The position numbers were made by a program, and so were the translations under genes. The notes under the pieces are model-generated. The model was not told the origin of the DNA. It did no database searches and was given only the letters and a program-made list of their open reading frames with translations. Source: Lytechinus pictus (lineage: Eukaryota). Taken from it: 64,000 nt of DNA. The stretch spans positions 21,266,001 through 21,330,000 of the forward strand of contig NC_087245.1 of assembly GCF_037042905.1 (NCBI RefSeq), written 5' to 3'. Shown one piece after another: positions 47,790 through 60,870 of the stretch; position 1 is the stretch's first letter, and the number at the start of each line of letters is the position of its first letter.

Positions 47790-48808
47790 TATGCATACTA
47801 ATGTATAAACGCAAATGGATACAAATAAAATTTTATACATAGAATAAATGAAAAGATATCATAAATTTATTTTAAAAAACGATGAACAGTTTTTTTTAAT
47901 TTGATGAATCTCTTTGAGATAGAGAGACACGCACACACAGTTTCAATGCATATATATATATTTTTTCACGTGTTTTGAAAGTTTTTAGTATAAATATTCC
48001 CCATAAAAGTAATACACCATCAATCAACCACTCTGAAAGAGTGAGAAATCTTACAATATTGACCCATTCACTTTATTCTCATTGAAGGTGAGCATGATAT
48101 ATGGTATCCAAAGTGTATCCACACGTCTAGGATTTCTAGCTTGCAAACACGCAAACATGGGAAATAAGAATATCGAGTTCCTTTTCAAATGAAAAATATT
48201 AAAAAGAACGTTCGTGATCATGTATGTATAATCCCTGTTAGTTGTTGGATCGAAGACGCACGTGACACAATATCTTAAGAAGTCTAAAGAATAATCTTGA
48301 AAACTTTCATGATTTTTGCTAGAAGTTTTTAAGTTATATCCCACCCCTCCCTTAAAAAAATTGAAAGGACTGCTGATTGATCTGCGGACGATACTTTCAA
48401 GTTTTCTTTTGGTAACATTCCCCCCCCCCCCCAAAAAAAAAGCCCACCATTGTACTAAAATAAAAATTTCGGCCCTTTTTCTCCCGTTTTTTACAAGGTT
48501 TTATTCTGCTCATGATATTTGATATTTATAATACATTCCTCATTTTGTCTTCAATTATAGCTTCAATATCACCCAATTAAAAACCATAATGTTTTCACAC
48601 TGTATTCCACCAATGTAATAATCCATATTGTTATTTCCCCTAAAATCTTAATAAGCATGCCTTCAGTTGAACACGAGTTTGTCTTTCATAATTGTAGGTA
48701 AATCAATATTGAATGATTATGATTATAATATTGAAAAAGGCTACTTCTATATAAAAAAGAGAGATAGATTAAATACACTTACAAAACAAAAAGCAAATAC
48801 AAGCTTAC

Positions 48809-48914
48809 CGTTTAGCGGGAGTCGCCGCAATCTCTCCAACACCACGCAGAAATCTCATCTCCTCTACTCCGACGGGCAACAACTCATTTTATGGACGCAT
48901 TTATAGCGACGTCA
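48809..48914 (-). promoter_or_regulatory. Candidate core promoter and non-coding first exon of GPCR-B
   Basis: Minus strand: TGACGTC (48914-48908), TATAAAT (48905-48899), a GC-richer short exon, and donor CG|GTAAGC at 48809/48808. Confidence 0.4.
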
Positions 48915-49580
48915 CAGATTATCTTAAAAGTAAGTTACTCAGCTTCATTAACTTTTGAACCTTCTATAGCTGATATTGCCCTGATAATTTGAGCCGTCCA
49001 AAACAAACATCCTCAATGAGATTAAGCAGGATTTGTACACAGTTATGAGACGTAGTAGTAGTAATTAAATTTTGTGTTTTATGTCAATTCCCCAATTCCA
49101 ATTTACTAATGGTACGTATACATCATTCTGATGTTCACATGGTCTGGTTTTACTTTTAAGTTTTTGAGCAGGTGTAAAAGTATACAAATTATGATATAAT
49201 GTTGAATTATTCAATTATTAAACATTGATATAAAAAAGCAGTTGGAAAAGATAGATTTTGATTTTTTCCATTTTTTTTAAAATAATTTTTCTTGTTTTGA
49301 TATGGTCAGTGACTTAATTTCTAATCTGCTGTATGTTTTAAAAGCAAGTTACCAGTCATCCTCTTTATATTTCATGATTAAGTCGTTGCCGGGCAACTTT
49401 GCTATTGGAAATCAGAGTGACACAAACGAATTTAGCTTGATTTGATTTGACCAACGACGGAATGAGTATAGTGAGAAGAAGCTTCGAGCTAAAAGAACGT
49501 GTCCGCAAGGAGGGAGAGATTTGGACGGCGACGGTCGAGATGCACTTCCTGTTTTAAAATCATCCTGCGCATGATTCCTG

Positions 49581-49737
49581 GGGCCCGTTTCATAAAGAAC
49601 TTACAATTGTTGTAACTTTACCATTATGGCAACTACAATGGTAACAGGGCTCATCAGCCAATCAGAATCATGGTTACCATGGTAGTTGGCATAATGGCAA
49701 AGTTACAACAGTTGCAAGTCCTTTATGAAACGGGCCC
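49581..49737. mobile_element. Palindromic PIF/Harbinger-like MITE
   Basis: GGGCCCGTTTCATAAAG / CTTTATGAAACGGGCCC with CTG/CAG flanks; nearly full-length hairpin around a central CCAATC. Confidence 0.8.
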
Positions 49738-50169
49738 CAGGTTTTAATGACATTCGAATGATGTATGTTTATGGGCCAGGTGTTGTTAACAGAAGCTTCG
49801 AGTGTACTTTGTGTGTAGGGAATATTTGAGGATGATGATGTTGATGATCATGGTGATGATGATGATGATGATGGTGGTGTTGGTGGTGATGGTGACAGTG
49901 ATGATGATGATGGTGGTGGCCACAATTGAATTGTGACTTGTGACTGTTGGGTAGTCATCATTGCTTAGTTTTCGCCGATCCATCGTCAAGCTTTCGTCAT
50001 AAGTCGTAAACGCCCTTATTCTCGCGCAAAATACGGAATAATGCTAAGGTTGGAGATAATTAAAATTTTCGATGTACTTTACAGGTCATACGTGTGAAGC
50101 AGCATTCCAAATCTGATTCTTGTATCAGGCTAAATATTTACTTGTAATAGACTGACGTTTTGTTTTAAT

Positions 50170-51348
50170 AAAAGTAACCCCCGATATGTTATACCAAAGT
50201 TAGCATTTTTCTCCAACAATTCAAAGCATAATTGAATAGATTAAAACAACTGATTAGTTTCCGTTTTGTAGACTTCCGGTATGATTTAAAAATCAAAACG
50301 GCTAACACGTTACAAAGTCACTAACCCACTGCATTATTTCACTTATTATTCATGCAAAAGCTAGCAATTTGCACACCTGGGTGAAAATAATGTCAAACCA
50401 AGCGATAGGAAGTTGAGGAGTGCCCCCATGCAGGGATCAATATTGGACCCTTTCTTGTTCCTATTTTGCATTAATGATAAACAGTAAAGCATACTATCTT
50501 GCTGTATATTAAACAGGACATTATAGACGCAGAGATGAAAATATATTATGTTGGGTTCATAAATGTTAAAGAACTTTTAATAACTACACAAATAAAGATA
50601 TGTGACACAGACACGGGATACACTGTAGCTCTTTTCAATGAGTTAAGGAATCTAATTTGTAGGCGTATGTTAGTGAAATCCCTTCCATGGAACCGGCACA
50701 TTTAAAAAATGTGTATAATATTAAAAAAGCTTAGGAATTATATTGAAAGTAACCCCGATGTGTTATACCAAAGTCAGCATTTTTTTTCTCCAACAGTTCA
50801 AAGCATAATTGAATAGATTAAAACAAGCGATTGGTTTCCGTTTTTGTAGAATGTCAGTATGATCAAGGAGATATCACCTCTAACATCTCCTAGGTATGAT
50901 TTAACAATCAAAACGTCTAACACGTTACTAACCCACTGCATTATTTCACTGATTATTCATGCAAAAGCTAGCAATTTGTAAACATGGGTGAAAATAATGT
51001 CAAACCAAGCGATAGCAAGTTGTGGAGTGCCCCAGGGATCAATATTGGACCCTTTCTGGTTTCTAATTTGCATTAATGATAAACAGTACAGTATACTCTT
51101 GCTGTATATTGAGCAGGACATAACCTTATATCTACCATGAAAGTACCGGTGGAATATAGACACATAGATGAAAGCACATGTTGGGTTCATGAATGATAAA
51201 GAACAGGCAAGGGATACACTGTAGCTCTTTTCAATGATTTAAGGAATTTGATTTTGTAGACGTATAATATATGTTAGTGAAAACCCTCCCATGGAACGTT
51301 TCAAAACTGTCTAAAAATAATATTAAAAAAGCTTAGGAAATATATTGA
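50170..51348 (+). repeat. Tandem duplication (~580-600 bp units) containing a CR1/L2-type RT fragment
   Basis: Units 50170-50746 and 50747-51348 both start AAAGTAACCCC and end GCTTAGGAA(T/A)TATATTG; both contain GGAGTGCCCC..GGGATCAATATTGGACCC (GVPQGSILDP). Confidence 0.8.
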
Positions 51349-54300
51349 AGGAAAAACAAGGTTACTAAATCACTTTTTTATTGTAAATCCGGCAATCATT
51401 AAAATTACCTATCCGACTTTAATTGAACAAAACCTAACAATCTTTAGATTAATCAAGTATATATATTAAAAACTATTATCAAAGATAAGATAGTGTATAA
51501 CTTATAATGTAATTGCTAGAATATTTGAATTATATTGATTATCAAACACTTTCTGACCTAATATAAAACTCTTTATATCGTTTCAAAATTATGGATGCTT
51601 TTAAATACCCACTTTTCTTGGCAACCCGAAAGCTTGTCTGACATAGCAAACCAATATTAAGTTATATGGTTATTTACAGGTGATAGAAAATCATCATTAC
51701 TATGTTCCAATGAAAGAAACACGCATAAATATAGATTATTTTAGTAAGAAGCCTATTAAAGTCACTGTAATGAGCTTCTGATACGTGTCTTTCTTGTTTT
51801 TTGAAGGTTTGAATTTCACATTTTCCATCACTTTTTCCTTCAACCATCTAATTTTTTTTTCTTCCTCCTCCTCCTCATCATCTTCTTTTTCATTTTCTCT
51901 CTCTTCTTCTTGTTCATTTGACACCTTCATTAACTTTGTTCTCCTAATACTAGTCGTCTTTTCTCCTATTCTCTTTCCCCATTGATTTTGTCTTCTTCTC
52001 TCTTTATCAATCATCTTTCTCTAGAGTTTAAAGGAGCAAGAAGATTTCGTTACATAGATTTATCTTGAAATATTTATACTAATTCTGATTCTAACTGCAC
52101 TCTGGACTCAGAATTAAATCTTTTTCTTTCGAGTCTTTCCTGTTACCTTATTGGTAATGACCACTCATGAAATGGTTATGATGTAACGCTATTCAGCGTA
52201 CAGGGGACTTCCCCGATGCATGACGTCATATGACTGATGTCCGTCTATCACATGCTTTGAAGGGGGAACATCAGAGGTGTGTCTCGTATCAAAGTATTTG
52301 GGGATTCCCCTCTTTTCCGACTAATAATTATTTTATAAATGTGTACGAGGTATATATACGATGATATTTACGAAATAACGTCGGTGTTCATTAAGCATAT
52401 ATTATACGGGTATCCCACCTATATAAATGAATAACTGGATGAATAAATTGACCTAAATATTTGGAGATAATTAAACAGGAAATATTAATCATCATCATCA
52501 TCATAATAATAAACAAGAATTAGGAGGAGGAAGTACACCAAGAACAAAAAAGATGAAAAGCATAAGAGGTAGAAAGACAACTTAATACAAATGAGTTGAT
52601 TATAAAAATGAATTAAAAAATGAACTCCTCATTCAAAAACCAGAATACTAGATATTGAAAAATTTCCTTAACAAATATAGCATTGTCTGTAAGGTAGGCC
52701 CTACATCATACAGATTACATGATCAAATTTTCGACAGCCTGGAAATATCTAGGCAAGGACCAAATTCCAAATACGTTTATCATTTTCAAAACAGTCACAA
52801 AGTATAAACATTTACTCGTTCCAACAATCCTGAAGCCTCTCATTTTCGAAATAAATGATGTATTTGTCATTTCTTAATTAAGGCTGACAAGTAATTTGAT
52901 ATCAAAGAGACAAGGTCCAGTTGCGTTAATCCATGTAAAGCTGTCAGGGTTCTTAGTACAGCTCGAAATGTTTGATTAGTAGTATTAACAAACTCTGATT
53001 ACATAGTGACGTAAACGATATGTGTACCGACACTTCTTTCCCCGCCCTTTCCCTGTTTTGCTTTCCGGTAAATCGGTCAATACTTTTTTTTTCAATTAAA
53101 AAACACCATTCATTTTCTTCCATTTTCACAAAATATCAATTTTCAATATAATCCATACAAAATAATTTATCATATTACCACCACTAGGACAGTGATTCCA
53201 CCCATCATTTCCAATTTTCCTTAACCTCTTTCTTCCCAACGCTAGATCTGTTCCCCCCCCCCACCCCCGTCCCACTTAAAAAAAAATGGGTGGAAACGCT
53301 CTCCTAAATCGTTTTCTCGCATTTCATATAATTTCATTATCAATTCATTCGCGTCTCTACCTGTCTCCCTCAAACACGGACCCACTCCCATCCAACCGCA
53401 CGCACAGTTCGCCAACCTTACATAAACACTCCACAACCCCATACACACTATTCCCTCTTTTGCATTTCTCTCTCTCTCTCTTTTGCCTTTCGATTTTGTT
53501 TTATTCCCTTTCTTCGCCCTCTGTGCCGCAAATCTGATTTTTATTCAAACACTCGAAACATCTCGAAAAGCACCACTTGGTAGGAATTTCACGATTTATG
53601 TATGAACAGTTCTCCAGCTCCCCCTCTCTTCTTTAGTAATACTATATATAAAATGCAATATTTATATCACCTCAGAGCTTTATCAACCGTAATCAATTGC
53701 ACGACCATTCAACAATATGTATCGGGTCCTAAAAATTACGACGGGGAGTGGCCAATGATGCGAATATTAGGATATGAACCCCGGACCATATTGTTAAAAG
53801 TCCAGAGGCTTATCCACTGAACCACACAACACAATAATGGTCATGAATTTTATAGTAGGATTAATGCTGTTGTTACCTCCATTTTGTTTCTTCTCACAAC
53901 ATTTGAATTTGAATTTATTGCTTAATTTACTTTCTGTATCAATTTTTCTAAATGCAAATAAAAAATGCAGAATTACAAATCAATATTATTATGAACAAAA
54001 ATAATGAGCTTACAGTAGCAATTGGGTAATATAAAAAAAAAAAAATACAATAAAACTCATATCATTTCCTGAAATAAGGAATTAAACTTTTTTTTATGAA
54101 TAATTGAATGTTTGCTTAAAAAGGAATAGAAATGAAAAAAGAGACCATCTAAAAAGTCATTCTTGTATTACGATGGTCTCTCGAAAACGTACAAAGTATG
54201 CATTACTAGGATAGAACGCAAGTATTCATTCAATTAAACAGGAACTTAATTTGGAGGGTAGGAAGTGTCGACAGAGCAAACGCTGAGAGTGGGTATCAGG

Positions 54301-55076
54301 GTAGATAGATGCATGGTCATGTATGATAAAAATAACTGAACAATATACATGTAGCCATGCTCAGAACCATTATCATAAAACATCAGAGAGCTTCCTGAGA
54401 AAAGGTGAATATAATCATCTCAGCACGATGGAACAGGAAAAATGCCACAACCCATATGAAAATGAATTCTGACTTCATTATGGATAATAAAACACCCTGG
54501 CTATTTTAAACGAGCCATCGATCTCGCCGACTGATATCAAACATAATTAGGGCAAGGACCGTCGTTATAGGTGCCATATTGTTCCTTGAAAATAAAAAGT
54601 TATACGTCATAAAATTAACCGACTTTAAAAGAAATTTTTGAAATGATCATTAAAAACTATAAATATTTTTAAAAATTCGACACGACCTGCTCCTACACGA
54701 TGTCATCAAGCCCAAACTGCCTTAATCGACGAGAACAGACGATGCTTGCAAGATTTTAATAAAACAACATGAAAATAAATATTCACGTCATTTCTGACGT
54801 ATTACCGCTTTCGCTTACTGTAATCATGGTAATGTGGTACTGAGTGGCATTTATGCCAAAGGGGCGCTTCAAGAAAAGGAGAGGGGACGTTTGCCGGGGA
54901 AGAAAATGACCGAATAATAAACATCGTCAAAACAATCTTTCACGCTTGTCTGACTATAAGGGTCTTATTAATCGAAGAGATTGAGACTCTCTTAAAAAAA
55001 TTCTGTCATGTCTTTAACATGGCCAAAATAAGTTGTCATTTTACCCCATTTTACAGGCTTTCCTTTTTCAATCCAA

Positions 55077-55271
55077 CACTCTTAAAAATGTGGGGCAACA
55101 AACTGTCCACACAACAATTCGTTAAACTTTATCAAATTCTGGTTAGTTTTAAACCAAAAATGTGTGCTTTGGGTGAAAACTAAACAGTATTGGTTGAAAA
55201 CTACCCAGAGTTGGATACATTTTGTAACCAGCTGTTGTGTGTACAGTACGTTGCCCAACATTTTAAGAGTG
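55077..55271. mobile_element. MITE (CACT...AGTG ends, 2-bp AA flanks; CMC/EnSpm-like)
   Basis: CACTCTTAAAAATGT..GGGCAAC / GTTGCCCAACATTTTAAGAGTG. Confidence 0.7.
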
Positions 55272-55829
55272 AAGTGCTATATCGTATCATCAGAAAACGC
55301 TGTTGCCACGATACAAAATGCTTTATTTTCATCCTCCCTACTTTCCCGCCTTTTAAACCCTGAACATGCTGAAGGACAATCAGGAAAATGCACTTTTTAT
55401 AGTCACATTGGTTTATGGAAGGTTCATAACTTCTTGGCGGCCAAATAAAACACATTTACATTATTCTAATTAATTTCCGGTTCTGACATTTTTATTTCCG
55501 TATTTTTCCCCAAGTATGTTATAGAAAATAATATTTAGTTACGTAGTGACATGTAATATGGCATAATAGTGCACCGTCTATTGAAATAAACATTGAAAAT
55601 AACAACTTCAACGTAGAAAAGATGTCATATCATTAAGTATAGCTTTATGTAATTATGTATTGAGGTCTTTAAGATGCTGATTAAGATTCAGGACAAGATT
55701 CTTAATCTGGAGGTCGTTGCATGGTAACCGATGAGTATTTACTGAATGGAAGGGGATCCGAATTTCGGATGGAAGAAAATGGTAGTTTACCAGCAGCTCA
55801 TTGGGGTCAACCGCGATGGCAATATCAAC

Positions 55830-56221
55830 GGTTTGTTTCCAATTTGTCTCATGCAAATTCGTCTAATTACCAACTCGTATACTAAATCATCAATTCGTCC
55901 ACTATCCACATGGTCTAATTGCCATTTCGTCCACTCACCATTTCGTCTAATAATCAGTTGGTCCAATAGCCATTTAGTCCATAAACCATTTGGTCTAATT
56001 GGATAAGTGTTATTGGGCGAAATGAATGAAAAGAAAATGGGTATTAGACCAACTGGTTATTATAGACGAAATGGTCATAGACGAACTGGTGATTAGACGA
56101 AGTGATTATTGGACCAAATGATTGTTAGACGAAGTGTTGATGGACTAAATGGCATTAGACTTAATGAAGGTAGACCATGTGATGAGTGGACGATTTGGCA
56201 ATAGACGAATCGGCAGTTTAC
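55830..56221. mobile_element. Foldback-like element built of inverted arrays of short subrepeats
   Basis: Left half has TTCGTC(T/C)A and TGGTC(T/C)A repeats; right half has TAGACGAA and TGGACCA repeats; possible degenerate 9-bp TSD AATATCAAC/TATATCACC. Confidence 0.6.
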
Positions 56222-56721
56222 TATATCACCGGGGGGGGGGGGGGTGCAAAGATGGCCCGTTTACATAGTTTGATATGATACTGAGGAAGTCGCGTTTAGA
56301 ACATTCTTAAAGAAAGCCAATTCTTCATGTCATCCCTCACATTCCTCTTCCAACTTGGGTTCGTTTAAAAAACCTTGTTATAATAACTAATTTTCAATAT
56401 CAGTTTAAAGCTTCAATATTATTCAATTTGATTGGCTCAAAGTAGAATTGTTATATAAATTGTACATTTGTTACTATAACAAGTCTTTATGTAACAGGAC
56501 CCTGGTCGAGCTTTCTTTTTATTTTTTAATCTGGGACTCGAGACCACTTTCGAGTTATTAACCCCCGAATCTCGGGACCCGGGCCCCCGGGTAGGCGAAA
56601 AGGAGGGCGCTAAAAAGAGGAAGGAAAGAGAGGAAAAGAAAAGGGGGAGAAAAAAGAGGGAAAGAATAAAAGGGAAAGAGAAGAAAGGGAAAAGAAAGAG
56701 AGAAGAAGAGGGAAGGGGGAG

Positions 56722-57475
56722 GGACGCCGAATTGATGTTAGACATAGGGGTGCCGAATATATGTTCGACATGGGGGGGGGGCGCCGAATCGATGTCCGAC
56801 CTGGAGGGGCGCCGAATTTATGTTTTACTTAGGGGCGCCAAATTGATGTTCGACATCGCAGGGCGTCAAATTAATGTTCGACCTCGGGGGCGCCGAATTA
56901 ATGTTCGACCTAGGGGCGCCGAATTGAAGTTCGATATTGGGCGCCGAATTGATGTTCAACCAGGAAGGGGGGAGGGCCGAATTGATGTTCAACCGGGGGG
57001 GGGGGGGGGGCGCCGAATCCATGTTTTACCTAGGGGCGCCGTAGTGTTGTTCGACATAGGGGGGGTGCCGAATAGAATTTCGACATAGGGGCGCCGAATT
57101 GATGTTCAACCTAGGGGGGGGGGGGGGGGGCGCCGCATAGAAGTTCGACATAGGGGCGCAGAATTGATGTTCTACCTAGAGGCGCCAAATTGAAGTTCGA
57201 CCTAGGGGCGCCGAATTGATCGATCTTCAACCTAGGGGGGCACCAAATTGATGTTCTACATACATGACCTACGGGCGCCGTATTGATGTTCGACATAATT
57301 ATGGTGCGCGCGCCGAATCGAAGTGCGACCTAGGGGACGGCGAATTAATGTTCAACCAAGGGGGCCCCGAATTGGTGTTCGACCTAGGGGCGCCGAATTT
57401 ATTTTCGACATAGGGGGCGCCGAATTTATTTTCGACATAGGGGGCGCCGAATTGATGTTCGACCCTGGGGGCGCC
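56722..57475 (+). repeat. GC-rich minisatellite, ~27-30-bp unit GGGGCGCCGAATTGATGTTCGAC(A/C)TA
   Basis: About 25 tandem imperfect copies with variable poly-G, preceded by a polypurine tract at 56600-56720. Confidence 0.9.
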
Positions 57476-57499
57476 TGCAAATTCATGTTTCACATGAGT

Positions 57500-58335
57500 T
57501 TGGCGCTTGCGCTCGCATCAAATGCATAATTAGATGCCCATTCTGTCCGTGATTACCAAAAGTGCTTAGAAGGTCAAAATTTTAGGTCAGAATATCAATT
57601 GTTTATTTTATTTATTTATTTATTTATTAGAAAATATTTATTCAGGATAAAAAGATCAGCTAAATTGCTGTTTTACATCAATGATATATTAATAAGGTGA
57701 CGATCCTGTTCATGGCTAGATAAGTGCTAAGAATGTCTAGTTTTTAGTCGCGCTTCGCGCTAACATAAATTATTTGTTAGGTACCCATTCTGTTCATGAT
57801 CACCAAGAGTGATTAGAATGTCCGAATTTTAGGTCAGAATATTAAAATTTTGCGAGCTTCGCGCTCGTATAAAATTATTTGTTAGGTACCCATTCTGTTC
57901 ATGATCTCCATGCAAGTGACTAGAACGTTCAAGTTTAGGTCAGAATATCAAAAATTTTCAGCTCTCGCATCAACATTTTTTATAGATATATACTCATCCT
58001 ATTCATGGTTACAAAATCTGCTTACAATGTCCAGTTTTGAGTCGGAATGTCAAAAATTTTAAGCTTGCGCTTCGTGCTCGCATAAAATTATTTGTTAGGT
58101 ACCCATTCTATTCATGATCACCATGCAAGTGATCAGAATGTCTAAATTTTAGGTCAGAATATCAAAACTTTGCGAGCTTCGCGCTCGCATTAATTGTTTA
58201 GATATACGTTTACCCATCATGTTCACGATTACAAAAAGGGCTTAGAATATCCGATCGGGAAACATATACATGTAGATGAAAATATATTTCGCGCCCCCCC
58301 CCCCCCCATTTTAGCGAAAGCAAGATCCTCCCCTG
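57500..58335 (+). repeat. Tandem ~95-100-bp repeats containing GCTTCGCGCTCGCAT
   Basis: Recurring TTTTAGGTCAGAATATCAAAA...GCTTCGCGCTCGCAT...GGTACCCATTCTGTTCATGATC units. Confidence 0.8.
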
Positions 58336-58517
58336 GTAAAGAAACGTCAGCTCCCGCTCACATAAGTTAGTAAAATTGAAACCCTAAAGTGCTTAAACTT
58401 CTATGCTTTCAGGGGACCATTTCATTAGACTGATCGTAAGTTATTGACCATAAAATGTTCATTGGTGATTATTTAGAGCGTAAGTTACGAATAGCTTTAT
58501 GAAACACCCATCTGTAT

Positions 58518-58680
58518 GGGGGAGCGTTTTATCCACTTTTTTGTCCGACAAGTTGTCAGATCTGACATCTTTTCTTGACTTTGATTGGCTAAAAAGAGAC
58601 ATCGTTCCTATAGTTACTGTCGAATAAAACAGGAATTGTCGGATAAAACGTCTGTCAAGTCCTTTCATGAAACGATCTCC
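58518..58680. mobile_element. Palindromic MITE (Harbinger-like)
   Basis: GGGGAGCGTTTTAT... / ...ATGAAACGATCTCC with inverted TCCGACAA/TTGTCGGA and a central GATTGG. Confidence 0.55.
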
Positions 58681-58939
58681 TGGTCGCATTTATTATTTTC
58701 AAAAAGTGGTATTACAACATATTCATGGATATTTGTTTTCATAAACATCTTAAATAAAAGTGGTCTTTGATTGCCTTTGTTCACGTGATTATAAAATAAG
58801 ATAATTCAACATGCATTTACCTATGTTTGACGGGCGGGGTGGGGGCGCCATTTTCCGAAAAGTTCTAAGGGGCGCTAAAATTAGGTCGGGGCCCCCGGGA
58901 TGCAAAACCTGGATACGCGCCTGAAAATGGTGAGTAATT

Positions 58940-59530
58940 TTAATTCAATTTTCAAGACTTTATTCCAGACACAGCTAAGCAGAGGTCCATATGAACAAAT
59001 ATCATACTATACATTAAGACAGACATATATACAGAGATAAAACTGGATTAAACAAAGAACAAATAATTATGTATAGAGAGTATCGAACAAGGTATAAAAT
59101 AATCACACTAAAATATTACTAGAAATAAATAATTAATACATAAAACAAAATTACAGCAATGTATGAAAAGTACAATGGAAATATTTACAAATGGTTATAT
59201 GAGAAACTTGTTTCAACAAAAGACAAATATACGTAACTATTTTAGTAGATCAAGACTCATGACTCTGCCATTAGATTGTTACATCAATGCTTCCACAGTT
59301 CTGATGTATGGCGTACAGCTCTGCAGTGGGTTTAAAAATATACTTACATTAGTATTTTGAGAAATGTCAATTCTCTCAATAAACTTAAAAGTTAAGTTTC
59401 TAAAAACTGCTTGACATGAGTGTACATGGGCATCAGCAAACATTCTACTAGCACTAGAGTGTCTGAGTAACCGAAGGAGCAGTCTCATTGCATCGTTCAT
59501 AATATAAGCTACCACAAGTATCCTTAAACT
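58940..59530 (-). mobile_element. 3' fragment of a non-LTR retrotransposon
   Basis: Translation LRILVVAY..NDAMRLLLRLLRHSSASRMF...FRNLTFKFIERI..S.N resembles LINE ORF2 C-termini; AT-rich 3'UTR ending with AATAAA near 58960. Confidence 0.6.
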
Positions 59531-60129
59531 GCTCTTCTCACTATCTGCACCACAGATGTGCAGCAAACAGCGGAGTACACGATGCTCGAAATAATGCAAC
59601 CTTAAACCCGTGAGAGCACATATGGAACTTTCTGCCCAGGCTACAAACGCTTGCCCTGGTAAATTATTCTTTACTATTGACAACACGATGCTTTCCTCAC
59701 ATAATAAAACTTACCCAACTCGAGCTGGCGCAATTCGCTTGCTCCTCTGGCAAATTCTTCATGCTTCAAATTGGAAATAAGCACGACTCCAAATGTGTTA
59801 TCGTTCAGAAAATAATCATTATAGAAGCAAGGTTGTTTTGAACTTTAAAATAAATGGAGTTAAACATTATTGTCGAATTTATATGCTTGTAGCCTATTCT
59901 AATTACTGGGGCAAGACATGCCATTTTTTCTCAGTTGAATATTACTGATAATAACCGACACCGATTTCTCTGTCTGATTCTCTTCTTTCTTTTCCCCTTA
60001 TTTTTTACGACTTAAAAATCAAAGTGTCGCCCTCTGCCTTCCCATAAGAGAGCGAAGAACGAGGAATACGCGGGGTAAAAATCCATAGCCTTATATTAAT
60101 AGTTAGGCGCTTCTCTCCTTGCATTATAC

Positions 60130-60870
60130 CGTGCGACCCACAAAAACGAACCCGATGTTAAGCGATGATTTATCATAACTTAATCACAAATACAATAAAC
60201 AAATGACCTATCATTGTAAAGCTTAGAATGTCTTTTTTTTTTGCTGGTATAACATATAATAGTTTTCATCCACGCATGAGCTCGTGAGTAAAAACATTTT
60301 GGCGGAGGGTATTAAAATTTCAAACAGAAAATCACATGCCTAAAAAGTTAAATTCGTGCTCTTTAATTTGATAGCTAAATCGCAGAAAATGGTCAAGAAA
60401 TAACAAAGTTAGGTTTCTTCGAAACAATGCTTGCATTTCCATAATTCCATGAAACATACGTGTTTTCACCGGTTTCCCACCCAAGCTATATCGCACAGTT
60501 AATAAAAAGACTTTCTGCACGGCTGATCGTCAACAAAACGGAGTGTCGAATAAGTCTAAAAGCTATCCTGTAAAATTATTGGAATTTAAGCCTTATTTCC
60601 ATTAAACAGAACTTAGTTATTTCCCGACCGTTTTCTGTAATTGAGGTATCAAATTAAAGAGTAGATATTGAACTTTTTAAAAATGTGATTTTCTTTTTGA
60701 AACTCAGATACCGCCCGCCAAGTGACTTTTTTTTTTTCCAAATTGTTTTTGCTCATGCACTCATGCATGAATGAGGAATAATCTAAGTTATTTCAAATGA
60801 AAGAGGAAACCCTAAGCTTTACAATGATAGGTCATTTGTCTATTGTATTTGCGATTAAGGCATGATAAGG
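60130..60870. mobile_element. Non-autonomous TIR DNA transposon, right end truncated
   Basis: 60170-60226 (TAATCACAAATACAATAAACAAATGACCTATCATTGTAAAGCTTAG) is inverted at 60812-60870. Confidence 0.65.

Noticed and set aside
56722-57475. CRISPR-like array of ~28-bp repeats, and ORFs 56732-57088 / 57323-57529
   Set aside because: The units are contiguous and degenerate with no unique spacers and no cas genes, in eukaryotic DNA. The ORFs are translations of the minisatellite.
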